Source: Candidatus Aenigmatarchaeota archaeon (GTDB taxonomy: Archaea; Aenigmatarchaeota; Aenigmatarchaeia; CG10238-14; SpSt-28). Taken from it: a DNA stretch of 51,978 nucleotides. The DNA is taken from NCBI GenBank assembly GCA_032249395.1, contig JAVVFY010000004.1:1-51978 (forward strand). The letters are read 5' to 3'. The position numbers and the translations under genes were made by a program. The notes beneath the pieces are model-generated. The model was not told the origin of the DNA. It was given only the letters and a program-made list of their open reading frames with translations, and made no database searches. Within the stretch, counting starts at the first letter, position 1. Each line of letters starts with the position of its first letter. Positions 25,825 to 34,569 of the stretch are shown here, piece after piece.

Positions 25825-26658
25825 ATGATTTATGTTACTAAGGCTGATGGTAGCAAACAACCTTTTGATAAACAAAAAATCATAAACACTTGTTTAAGGT
25901 TACAAGCAACTCCAGAACAGGCTCAATCTATTGCAGATAAGATTGAAGCAAAAGCCTATGATGGCATTCCTACTAAAAAAATTCTTCAAATGGTTTTCCA
26001 ATACATGAAAAAATATAGGCCAGCCATTGGTTATCAAATTGATTTAAAGCAGGCAATAGCAATGCTTCGCTCTAAACCAGATTTTGAAATTTTTGTGGCT
26101 AAGCTTTTTGAAGCAATGGGTTATGAAGTGGAGACAAATTTGATAATTCAAGGAAAATGCATAGAGCATGAAATTGATGTTGTTGCCAGGAAAGGAAATG
26201 AAATAATTCTTTTAGAGGTAAAGCATCATGTGAATCATCATACCTATTCTGGTTTAGACGTTTTCCTGCAATTGAACTCAACCCTAGAAGATTTGAAATT
26301 GGGATATGAAAATGGGAAAAATAGCTTCAAGTTTACCAGAGCAATTTTAATCTGCAATACGAAAGTGTCTGATCATGGTAGAAGGTATGCTTTGTGTAAA
26401 GGACTCGAATTTATAGCTTGGAAGTTTCCCCCAGAAAATGGATTAGAAAGATTGATAGAAGAGTATAAACTATATCCGATAACATTTCTTAAAGAAATAG
26501 AAAGAGACGAAGCTTACAGTCTTGCAAATGCTGGTATAGTTACTGTTGAGCAGCTTTTAGATAATGCTGAAAAAATTTCGAGAAAAAGTGGTATAAGCAA
26601 AAATAGAATTTTACAACTACAAAAAGCGGCAAAAATTGTTCTTGGAATTTCTGACTGA
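25825..26658 (+). CDS. ATP-cone + Mrr-like restriction endonuclease (PD-(D/E)xK) + C-terminal helix-hairpin-helix protein
   Basis: N-terminal VTKADGSKQPFDKQKIINTCLR (ATP-cone). The middle is FEIFVAKLFEAMGYEVE...EIDVVARKGNEIILLEVKHH (Mrr_cat D...ExK). The C-terminus is ANAGIVTVEQLL...GISKNRILQLQKAAK (HhH). Confidence 0.65.
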   Translation: MIYVTKADGSKQPFDKQKIINTCLRLQATPEQAQSIADKIEAKAYDGIPTKKILQMVFQYMKKYRPAIGYQIDLKQAIAMLRSKPDFEIFVAKLFEAMGYEVETNLIIQGKCIEHEIDVVARKGNEIILLEVKHHVNHHTYSGLDVFLQLNSTLEDLKLGYENGKNSFKFTRAILICNTKVSDHGRRYALCKGLEFIAWKFPPENGLERLIEEYKLYPITFLKEIERDEAYSLANAGIVTVEQLLDNAEKISRKSGISKNRILQLQKAAKIVLGISD

Positions 26659-26662
26659 ATTT

Positions 26663-27178
26663 CTATAACTCTGGGTATTCGTAAGAGACAAAAACTATTG
26701 CAACTATTGCTGTACCGTACTTCTTCTTTGGTATGAAACTTCTAATGTAGATTTCAACATCTTTAAGCTGATAGTTAGAGTGAAATCTTGATTTAAACAT
26801 TTCCTCCATACTTTTTCTTAAAATTTCTTTAGCCTTTTCTTCTTCATCATTCCCATGATACTCTGCAACTAGTCCACCAACCTTATTTCCTTTGTCGTCA
26901 TAAACCCATCCTATTATTATACCTGCTGTTACTCTTTGTCCCTTCTCTCCATTAGCTACTGCCATTATTGTCTCTGCCACACTTCCGAACTTCAGTTCTC
27001 TCTTTTCTACCTTTCTGGCCTTCTTAGGCATTATTGAAGAATAAGTAATTATATTAACGTTCTGAATTCCTGCATCTCTTAAAGCCTGATCAAAAGAACC
27101 AGCGTGGATAGCTATATCGCTTTCTCCTACTCCACTTGTTATGAAGTATTCATACGGAATTCTATTACCTACCAACAT
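26663..27178 (-). CDS. pdaD: Pyruvoyl-dependent arginine decarboxylase
   Basis: FITSGVGESD...HAGSFDQALRDAGIQNVNIITYSSIMP, containing the self-cleavage Ser-Ser site context. Confidence 0.8.
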   Translation of the reverse strand: MLVGNRIPYEYFITSGVGESDIAIHAGSFDQALRDAGIQNVNIITYSSIMPKKARKVEKRELKFGSVAETIMAVANGEKGQRVTAGIIIGWVYDDKGNKVGGLVAEYHGNDEEEKAKEILRKSMEEMFKSRFHSNYQLKDVEIYIRSFIPKKKYGTAIVAIVFVSYEYPEL

Positions 27179-27237
27179 TTCTTTTCAGCCTCTTTTGATG
27201 GAAATATATTAAAAATCAAGGTATTTAAATCTTTTTT

Positions 27238-28128
27238 ATGGACGTCATAGTATCTCACGCCGATGCCGATGGGATAATATCTGCTTCGTTTATTCTGAAG
27301 TATAAACCAAAAGCTTATCTACATTTTTCTTCGCCTTCAATATTACATAAAACTTTGTGCAAGATTTTAGACTTAGATCCAGAAACTTTGTACATTTTGG
27401 ATATTTCAGCTAATACGAAATCTGCTGTAATCGCCTCTCTTTTTAAAAAAGTAATATGGATAGACCATCATCTATGGGAAAACTTAGATATTCCAAAAAA
27501 TGTTGAAGTTTTTGTTGAAGAGGCTGAGAGCGCAGCGAAAATTGTCGCGAAAGTATTGAGAATAGATACTCCTCTTGTTAGAATAGCGAACGAAATAGAT
27601 ACAAATAGTATTAAAAGCGAGGAATCAAAATTTTTTAGAGATTTAATTTCCGCCATAAAATGGAAGTATAACAAATTACAAATAATTAAGTTTAGGCAGA
27701 TTTCAAAAATTCTCGCTTTTAAGGGATTAGAAGAATTAGAGAAAAATTTGGAAAATACAAAAATTATAGAAGAACATTTAAATTGGCTAAATTCTCTAAC
27801 TCCAGAAATTCTAGAAAAAACTCAAGAGTTTGAAGTTAATGGAAAGAAAGTTTTAATTTTTGAAACTAATAAAAGTCTACCAGTTTACTTCATTTACGAA
27901 AAATTAAATGAAGCAAAGAATTTTGATATTCTTTGTGTGTTTTATAGAAAGGTTGATATGAAAAGAAAAATCCCTGTAACTAAAATTGAATTAAGAAGTA
28001 AAAACGACGATTTATTAAAAGTAGCTAGATATTTCAACGGTGGTGGACACAGGTTAGCTTGTGGAGTAACTTTGCCTAGATATTTAAGTGTAGATGAGTT
28101 CCTTCAAAAACTTAAAGAAAGTATTTAA
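27238..28128 (+). CDS. DHH/DHHA1 family phosphoesterase
   Basis: VSHADADGIISA, WIDHHLW, and C-terminal FNGGGHRLACG. Confidence 0.75.
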   Translation: MDVIVSHADADGIISASFILKYKPKAYLHFSSPSILHKTLCKILDLDPETLYILDISANTKSAVIASLFKKVIWIDHHLWENLDIPKNVEVFVEEAESAAKIVAKVLRIDTPLVRIANEIDTNSIKSEESKFFRDLISAIKWKYNKLQIIKFRQISKILAFKGLEELEKNLENTKIIEEHLNWLNSLTPEILEKTQEFEVNGKKVLIFETNKSLPVYFIYEKLNEAKNFDILCVFYRKVDMKRKIPVTKIELRSKNDDLLKVARYFNGGGHRLACGVTLPRYLSVDEFLQKLKESI

Positions 28129-28605
28129 GGTATTATCGCATCTAAGAAACTCTAATAAGCTTATTTTTGTATAATCTTCATTTCTCTTTTGAGTTACTAA
28201 AAGTGCAACATATATTTACATGCGTATAAGCCTGATATAAACATTTTTTACGTCATATTACAAAGAAAATTAAAATACACAAAAAAAGTAGCACGAAGTT
28301 TTGCTACGGAAAAAATGGTATTTATTGGCCTCAAGACGAGATGAGGAAAATTGCTTAGATGAAAGATAAAAAAAATTTATGAATAAGCATAAAAAGATAC
28401 AATAAGTTTCTGGGAGAATTTTGGCTCAGGAAGAAATAACTTGGTTTAAGTCTTTGGACAAGCCTTACTTAGAAGAACCTCCTTACTTCTACATTAATTA
28501 AGTTTCTTTCGAAACTTTTTCAATAGTTGGCTTCTAATAAATATGGTATTTGGATTCTTGATTGAATTGTTCCAAATAACTTAAGTTTAAAAATAAAAAA
28601 TATAT

Positions 28606-29034
28606 ATGGTAAAAATAACTCTGGCTGAACTAACCCCAGTTGCTCTTTGTATACAAACGGATGACCTTTTTGACTTCAAGACATTTCAATCAAGCTTTGG
28701 AGATCATATAGTTTTAAGAGAGAGAGATCAGGAATTGAGCGAGCTGATAATACAAACTAAAAGGGAGTTGAATTCAACATTGCAACAAACAAAATTCTTA
28801 GATGGTTATAAACTAGTTTTAGTCAGGAATCTAGATAGAATAATGTCTTTAGTTCAATCCAGATATTCATCAATAGACAAAGACGCTACAGATAAAGTCT
28901 TAATGTCATGTAGAAATTTAATTAAAAAAGTTTTGATAGCTGAAAACTTCCAAAAGATTCAAGAACTAGAGCCAATTTTCAAAAGAGAAGTTTTGCTCAA
29001 GGTCTATGCTTTGTTTTCGCAAACTCAGAAATAA
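28606..29034 (+). CDS. Hypothetical protein (142 aa)
   Basis: ORF after a 477-nt non-coding stretch. No motif recognised. Confidence 0.4.
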   Translation: MVKITLAELTPVALCIQTDDLFDFKTFQSSFGDHIVLRERDQELSELIIQTKRELNSTLQQTKFLDGYKLVLVRNLDRIMSLVQSRYSSIDKDATDKVLMSCRNLIKKVLIAENFQKIQELEPIFKREVLLKVYALFSQTQK

Positions 29035-29178
29035 ATAAAAGCAAGAATTAGTAAACATCGTATTGTTTACTCATAAATTTATTCAAAACAAAACCAATTA
29101 TAATTATTAATCCAGACATATGAACTCTAAACCGATGATGGCTGATGGGCGAATTGATTTAATGATTAATCGGCTGGC

Positions 29179-29649
29179 TCAGAGGGGAGATATGTAAGTA
29201 TCTTTTGTCCCACTCGCAACAATCTCTATTTTATAATAATTATTCTCTTTCCATTTTACTTCTATACTTCCTTCTCGGCTTGGAAGCAAAATAATAATAT
29301 TTTTGATTATCTCGACGTCTTTATCGTCTATTTTAACATTAAAACCATATAATGGCAATATTCCCTCGTTTTTTACAAAAATTATTAACTTATCATCATA
29401 TTTCGTTACATTAGAAATTTCTAAATCATAAAAAATGTTTTTGATTGTATCTGCTGGCGCTTTTAAAAAGTTTCCAAAAAGCCGCTGAGAATATTCGGAT
29501 GAAGAGTTAGGCAGATAAGATAATATTAAGTAGTAAGCGAGAAATGCAAAAAACAAAAGCATTACTCCTCTTACAATGCTAACAACTCCTTTAATAACTA
29601 GAAATAGAAATATTCCAACAGCAATTAAAGTTAGTAACGCTTCAAACAT
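29179..29649 (-). CDS. Hypothetical membrane-anchored protein (156 aa)
   Basis: Two N-terminal hydrophobic helices followed by a beta-rich domain. Confidence 0.45.
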   Translation of the reverse strand: MFEALLTLIAVGIFLFLVIKGVVSIVRGVMLLFFAFLAYYLILSYLPNSSSEYSQRLFGNFLKAPADTIKNIFYDLEISNVTKYDDKLIIFVKNEGILPLYGFNVKIDDKDVEIIKNIIILLPSREGSIEVKWKENNYYKIEIVASGTKDTYISPL

Positions 29650-29756
29650 CTTCTATTTTAGATAAAAAAATATTAATGTTTTTCAGAATGGTTAAATATT
29701 GTTTAAAAGAGTTGTTTCTCTCTTTATATTTTTCGTATAATTAATCTTATTAGAAT

Positions 29757-29831
29757 GGACCCGTAGCTCAGCTTGGATAGAGCACCTGCCTCCTAAGCAG
29801 GGGGTCGCGGGTTCAAATCCCGCCGGGTCCG
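29757..29831 (+). tRNA. tRNA-Arg (anticodon CCU)
   Basis: GGACCCG TA GCTC AGCTTGGATA GAGC A CCTGC CTCCTAA GCAGG GGGTC GCGGG TTCAAAT CCCGC CGGGTCC G. Clean cloverleaf, no encoded CCA. Confidence 0.9.
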
Positions 29832-30040
29832 AACCTTTTGAATAAAGGATAGAAATCTTCTCACGCAGAAAACTAGAATAACACAAAGCAAAATATACTG
29901 AATTTCTCCTTATTGTATTTTAATTTTAGTAAGGACTTTTTATTGTGCTTTAATTATCAATTGATGATTAATAGGATGTTAAGGATCATTTAGATTTTTT
30001 TGAAACTACATAGATGAAACATTAAGTATTGTTGCGCAAT

Positions 30041-31351
30041 TCATTTAGTGAATCTTAGAATTATTTTCTCGAACTCTGCATCTAAAGGCATAAGTTCATA
30101 AGTAACTCTAACTATAGGCTTGTTGAATTTAATATTTTTTATATAAGCGTAACTGGCGAATACTATTGTATCGCATTTTACATTATTAATTGTTTTTATA
30201 AAATCTTCCTTTTCTTTTTCGCTATATCCCATGGTAGGTATTGTTTTTAAATGAGTATATTCTTTAAAAACTTTTTTCATAAAGCCAACAGCATAAATTT
30301 TTGGGTCTACTATCTCTTTTGCCCCATATTCAATAGCTGCAGAATATGCAGCAGAGATTGTAGATCCACCATGAGTAACAGTAGGGGCGTCGTCCACTAA
30401 AACAACTTTCTTGCCTTTTATCAATTCAGGTTTATCAACTTTTATTACGCTTTTAGCTTTTATTATTTTTGCTTTTGGATTTATTTTTTTAATCTCTTCT
30501 TCAAATTTTTTAACAACACTGCTATCAACTAAATTTACTTTGTTAATTATTATAACGTCTGCTAATCTAACATTAACTCCACCAGGATAAGAATATATTC
30601 CATCTGGTCTTGTAGGATCAGCTACAGTAATATATAAATCTGGTTTAAATAAAGAGATATCATTATTTCCTGACTCAAAGACTATGATATCTGCATCTTT
30701 TTCCGCCATTCTAATTACTTTCTTGTAATCTATTCCCGAATAAACTGTAACACCCCTCTCTAAATACGGAACGTATTCTTCTTGTTCTTCAAATGTTGTG
30801 TCATATTTCTCTAAATCTTCAAAACTTGAAAATCGTTGAACTTCTTGACTCAATAAATTTTTAGAATAAGGCATGGGATGCCTTATCACAACAACTTTTT
30901 TATTTCTTTCTTTTAGTATATCAATAATTTTTCTACAAACTGTTCCCTTTCCTGAACCAGTCCTAGTTGCGCAAACAGCTATTAGTTTCTTTTTAGATTT
31001 AATCATCGTATCTCGAGGTCCAATTAATTTAAAGTTTGCTCCAGCTGCTAATACCGTACTAATTTTGTTAATCAGATCTCTTTCTGTTAAATCAGAATAA
31101 GCTAAAACAACTTCATCAATATCAAACTTTTTAATAAGTTCAGGTAGCATACTTTCAGGATAAATTGGTATTCCATTTGGATATAATTTTCCTGCTAATT
31201 CTTTTGGATATTTCCTTTTTTCTATTTCTGGTATTTGAGAAGCTGTAAACGCAACTACTTGGTATTTTGGATTGTCGCGATATACCATGTTGAAATTATG
31301 AAAATCTCTTCCTGCAGCACCCATTATCAACGTTTTTATTCTCTTAGACAT
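30041..31351 (-). CDS. COG2403-family P-loop protein (annotated in databases as cyclic 2,3-diphosphoglycerate synthetase / predicted GTPase)
   Basis: IMGAAGRDFHNFNMVYRDNPKYQVVAFTASQIP... and the P-loop CATRTGSGKGTV ... VVVIRHPMPY, characteristic of this family. Confidence 0.6.
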   Translation of the reverse strand: MSKRIKTLIMGAAGRDFHNFNMVYRDNPKYQVVAFTASQIPEIEKRKYPKELAGKLYPNGIPIYPESMLPELIKKFDIDEVVLAYSDLTERDLINKISTVLAAGANFKLIGPRDTMIKSKKKLIAVCATRTGSGKGTVCRKIIDILKERNKKVVVIRHPMPYSKNLLSQEVQRFSSFEDLEKYDTTFEEQEEYVPYLERGVTVYSGIDYKKVIRMAEKDADIIVFESGNNDISLFKPDLYITVADPTRPDGIYSYPGGVNVRLADVIIINKVNLVDSSVVKKFEEEIKKINPKAKIIKAKSVIKVDKPELIKGKKVVLVDDAPTVTHGGSTISAAYSAAIEYGAKEIVDPKIYAVGFMKKVFKEYTHLKTIPTMGYSEKEKEDFIKTINNVKCDTIVFASYAYIKNIKFNKPIVRVTYELMPLDAEFEKIILRFTK

Positions 31352-31488
31352 TAGAAATCACTAACATATTTTAAACGGGTTTAATTTAAATTATTAATTA
31401 AAAGTAAAGTTTTCAGTTAATAATTCTTTACTACTCCCCTTGCAATTTTTAATTACAAACCTTTAAAAACTATTTTTTACGATGGAGA

Positions 31489-32634
31489 ATGTATAAAATG
31501 GAGGTTTTAGTAAGATATGGGGAAATATTCTTGAAGTCTGAGCCTGTAAGAAAAATTTATGAAAAAATATTGGTTAGAAACATAAAGCGCGCATTAAAAA
31601 GAGATGGGATAGAGTTTACTATAAGAAGAGAGAGAGGTAGAATATTCATAAATGGTGATGTTGAAAAAATAATTGAGGCATTAAAAAATGTTTTTGGTAT
31701 AGTTTCTTTTTCTCCCTGTTATCATCTGGAAACTTGCGATATCGAAAAAATAAAAGATTTTGTAAAAAGTAACTATGAAAATTGGATAAAACCGGAGCAA
31801 ACTTTTGCTATTAGAGCTAAAAGAATTGGATATCATGAATACACAAGCAAGGATTTAGAAAGGGAAATTGGTAAAGTTGTGGATAGAAAAGTTAATTTAG
31901 ACAATCCAGACGTTACAATATTTATTGAAGTTAGAGGGAATGATACCTATATCTATACTCAATTTATAAAAGGACTAGGAGGAATGCCGGTTGGAAGCAG
32001 CGGGAAAGTACTATCTCTTCTTTCTGGGGGTATAGATTCTCCTGTAGCTTCCTTCCTAGCAATGAAAAGAGGTTGTAAAGTTTCTTTCATTCATTTTCAC
32101 AGCTATCCTCTAGTTTCAAACAGAAGTATAGAAAAATCAAAAGAAATAGTAAAAATTTTGAATAAATATCAGTTTAGAAGTGTGCTCTACCTAGTTCCTT
32201 TTCATGAAATTCAAATGAAAATAAAGGCAACAATAATTCCGAAATATAGAATAATTCTTTACAGAAGATTTATGCTTAGAATAGCAGAAAAAATTGCTAA
32301 AAGAGAAAATGCAAAAGCTTTAGTTACAGGTGAAAGTCTAGCACAAGTTTCTTCACAAACTTTGGATAACATAGCAACAATAGAAGAGGTAACTAAAATG
32401 CCAATCTTGAGACCGTTGATAGAAATGGACAAGGAAGAAATTATCCAAATTGCAAAGAAAATAGGGACTTATGATATTTCTATTTTGCCTCAAGAAGATT
32501 GTTGCACCCTTTTTATTCCTAGACATCCTGCAACTAAATCTGATGTTAAAACAATAAAAGAAATGGAAAAGAAGCTTGATGTTAGAGGGATGGTGAATAA
32601 AGCTTTGAAAGAAACAGAAAGGGTAGTTATATAG
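31489..32634 (+). CDS. thiI: tRNA 4-thiouridine synthase ThiI (THUMP + PP-loop ATPase, no rhodanese domain)
   Basis: VRYGEIFLKS (ferredoxin-like/THUMP N-terminus), the PP-loop LSLLSGGIDSPVA, and LVTGESLAQVSSQT. Confidence 0.85.
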   Translation: MYKMEVLVRYGEIFLKSEPVRKIYEKILVRNIKRALKRDGIEFTIRRERGRIFINGDVEKIIEALKNVFGIVSFSPCYHLETCDIEKIKDFVKSNYENWIKPEQTFAIRAKRIGYHEYTSKDLEREIGKVVDRKVNLDNPDVTIFIEVRGNDTYIYTQFIKGLGGMPVGSSGKVLSLLSGGIDSPVASFLAMKRGCKVSFIHFHSYPLVSNRSIEKSKEIVKILNKYQFRSVLYLVPFHEIQMKIKATIIPKYRIILYRRFMLRIAEKIAKRENAKALVTGESLAQVSSQTLDNIATIEEVTKMPILRPLIEMDKEEIIQIAKKIGTYDISILPQEDCCTLFIPRHPATKSDVKTIKEMEKKLDVRGMVNKALKETERVVI

Positions 32635-32664
32635 ATATTTTAATCTTGACAAAAACATACCATT

Positions 32665-33020
32665 ATGAAAAATAGATATGTTGGAGTTATGTTAATAATC
32701 ATAGCTAGTATAATTGGCTTTATAGTATTTCCGGACATGCTCCACTAATAACTTCTGAGCTCAAGTCTATTAGTGGGGTAATTAACGTCAAATATAGTTT
32801 TCCGAATATTTTCGATGTATATTATGATGCATCTAAAACGTCTAAAGAGCAAATATTGTCTTTAGAAGTATTTAAAACTTATAAAGCGAGTGTTTTAGGT
32901 AGTGTATCTTTAGAAGGTTTTGGTGCTCAACCAGATTCAAACAATAATCAAAATCTTAATGGATTGGGTTGTGGAGTTGGAAACTGTGGGTGTGGGGAGA
33001 AGATAATTTTAAATACCTAA
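32665..33020 (+). pseudogene. Possible frameshifted membrane-anchored HMA-like / Cys-rich metal-binding protein
   Basis: ATG at 32665 gives the TM helix MKNRYVGVMLIIIASIIGFIVF, then a stop at 32746. The +2 frame continues SGHAPLITSELKSISGVINVKYSFPNIFDVYYDASKTSKEQILSL...GLGCGVGNCGCGEK to TAA at 33018-33020. The shape is beta-alpha-beta-beta-alpha-like but lacks the CxxC. Confidence 0.3.
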
Positions 33021-33049
33021 TGCTTAATTAATCTTATTGGTGGCATAAG

Positions 33050-33226
33050 GTGGGGGAAATTGTTGTAAAAATTGAAAAAGATCAGATATTTTATGCTCTT
33101 GTAATCATTGCAATAATATTGTCAATAATAAAAACTTTTAATTTATTCTCTAATGGAATAAAAGCTATTGGAGCACAACCATACAGCATGGTTGAACAAA
33201 TAATTGAAAAAGAATTAAATAAATAA
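33050..33226 (+). CDS. Possible small membrane protein (58 aa, GTG start)
   Basis: Below the ORF-track cutoff. AAGGTGGGGG overlaps the start. One hydrophobic helix, IFYALVIIAIILSII. Confidence 0.3.
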   Translation: MGEIVVKIEKDQIFYALVIIAIILSIIKTFNLFSNGIKAIGAQPYSMVEQIIEKELNK

Positions 33227-33243
33227 AATAAGGTGGGATTTCC

Positions 33244-33606
33244 ATGAAAGTAAAGATTAATACTTTGATAATAATTTTTGTAGCAGTATTGTTATCAATA
33301 TCACTTTACTACATATTTTTTGGTTCTGGTATCACCGCTGGAAAATATGATGAATTTGCTAAATGTTTAACTGAAAAAGGAGTAAAAATGTATGGAACTG
33401 ATTGGTGTAAATATTGTCAAATGCAAAAAGAGTTGTTTGGAAGCTCTTTCAAGTACATAAATTTTGTTGATTGTGATAAAAATAGACAAGAATGCTTAGA
33501 AGCTGGAGTAAATGCTTATCCTACTTGGAGAATAAATGGAAAAAATTATGTTGGGGTTCAACAATTAGTAACCCTATCTCAACTATCTGGGTGTGAGTTA
33601 AAATGA
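33244..33606 (+). CDS. Membrane-anchored thioredoxin-like protein (VKOR-associated Trx-like type, CxxC)
   Basis: N-terminal TM helix, then GVKMYGTDWCKYCQMQKELFG...YINFVDCD...AYPTWRINGK. Closely resembles the Trx-like domain fused to VKOR homologues. SD AAGGTGGG lies 8 nt upstream. Confidence 0.75.
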   Translation: MKVKINTLIIIFVAVLLSISLYYIFFGSGITAGKYDEFAKCLTEKGVKMYGTDWCKYCQMQKELFGSSFKYINFVDCDKNRQECLEAGVNAYPTWRINGKNYVGVQQLVTLSQLSGCELK

Positions 33607-34208
33607 AGAAAAATTTTAATTACAAACTTTTACTTATAGGAATTATACTCGGTGTTGTCTTTGGATCTTTATTTAACTTTCTCTTTTTCAAGTTTTATGT
33701 TTTAGATAAAACCGAAGAAGAGCTTATTAAAGATTTCTATTTAACAGAAAATGCAGTTTACGTTAGCCCGCATTCACTACGAGTAAAAATGGATAAAGGA
33801 ATTAATGATTATATTCTTGTTGATTTGAGAAGCAGAGAAGAATATGAAAAAGGACATATTGTTGGGGCTATAAACATTCCTGCTTATGAAGATCCAAGAA
33901 CTCCAGCTTATGAAGATGTTGATAGAATAGTTAAAGCTTTTGCATCTCTTCCAAAAGATAAAGAAATTATAGTTTATTGTTATAGCATTCCATGCATGAC
34001 AGGAAAAAAAATAGGAAAGATTTTAGCTGAGCATGGAATTTACGTTAAGCATTTGGGAATAGGATGGAATGAATGGCGATACTTTTGGACTCTTTGGAAT
34101 CATGATTGGGAATGGAATATCACCAACCCTGAAGATTACATCGCTTATGGTCCTGAACCTGGGATTCCAAAAGCTAGAAATATAACTACAGCGTGTATAG
34201 AGTGTTAA
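33603..34208 (+). CDS. Membrane-anchored rhodanese-domain protein
   Basis: N-terminal TM helix, YILVDLRSREEYEKGHIVGAINIP, and the active-site-like loop IIVYCYSIPCMTGKK. There is a 4-nt overlap with the upstream Trx-like gene. Confidence 0.65.
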   Translation: MKKNFNYKLLLIGIILGVVFGSLFNFLFFKFYVLDKTEEELIKDFYLTENAVYVSPHSLRVKMDKGINDYILVDLRSREEYEKGHIVGAINIPAYEDPRTPAYEDVDRIVKAFASLPKDKEIIVYCYSIPCMTGKKIGKILAEHGIYVKHLGIGWNEWRYFWTLWNHDWEWNITNPEDYIAYGPEPGIPKARNITTACIEC

Positions 34209-34242
34209 AAAAATTTAAATATTTGAACAACTATTCAAATAC

Positions 34243-34569
34243 ATGATAAAAGAAGAAATAAAGCAAAAGCTACTTAACTTCTTTTCTAGTCTTTCTGACG
34301 AAACAAGATTAATGATATTGCTAGCTATTGCTAAAGGTCCAAAAACCGTTAGTGAAATACATGAGGCTGTTGGAAATAGTAAAATAACTATATCAGCAAT
34401 TTCTCATCAGTTAAAACTGTTAAGAAGTATGAAGATAGTTGTCGCTAAAAAGAAAGGAAAGGAAAGATTTTATGAACTATCTGATGAATATTGTTGGTGT
34501 ATTCTAAGAGATGCTTTGAGAAAATTTGGCCATAAAATAGATATAAAATGTAAGAGGTGTGGAAGATGA
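34243..34569 (+). CDS. ArsR/SmtB family metal-responsive transcriptional regulator
   Basis: FFSSLSDETRLMILLAIAKGPKTVSEIHEAVGNSKITISAISHQLKLLRSMKIV. The stop overlaps the copA ATG (ATGA). Confidence 0.8.
   Translation: MIKEEIKQKLLNFFSSLSDETRLMILLAIAKGPKTVSEIHEAVGNSKITISAISHQLKLLRSMKIVVAKKKGKERFYELSDEYCWCILRDALRKFGHKIDIKCKRCGR

Noticed and set aside
28129-28605. 477-nt spacer with several tiny ORFs (for example the 26-codon TTG ORF AQEEITWFKSLDKPYLEEPPYFYIN) and a 6-bp hairpin GTAGCA-N9-TGCTAC
   Set aside because: No convincing start or SD, no repeat structure, and nothing recognisable as an ncRNA. It is left unannotated, but RNA-seq could revisit it.
29125-29180. Box C/D sRNA-like elements (ATGATGG ... 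CTGA ... TGATTA)
   Set aside because: The C-like box is followed immediately by CTGA with no 10-12 nt guide. There is no terminal CUGA and no terminal stem, so the spacing is incompatible with an archaeal C/D sRNA.
29692-29886. 64-aa minus-strand ORF over the tRNA-Arg, and the 191-aa ORF 40281-40856 over the tRNA-Val
   Set aside because: Both span a perfectly folding tRNA gene and, for the second, the 5' half of the UDG gene. They are artefacts of GC-rich tRNA sequence lacking stops.
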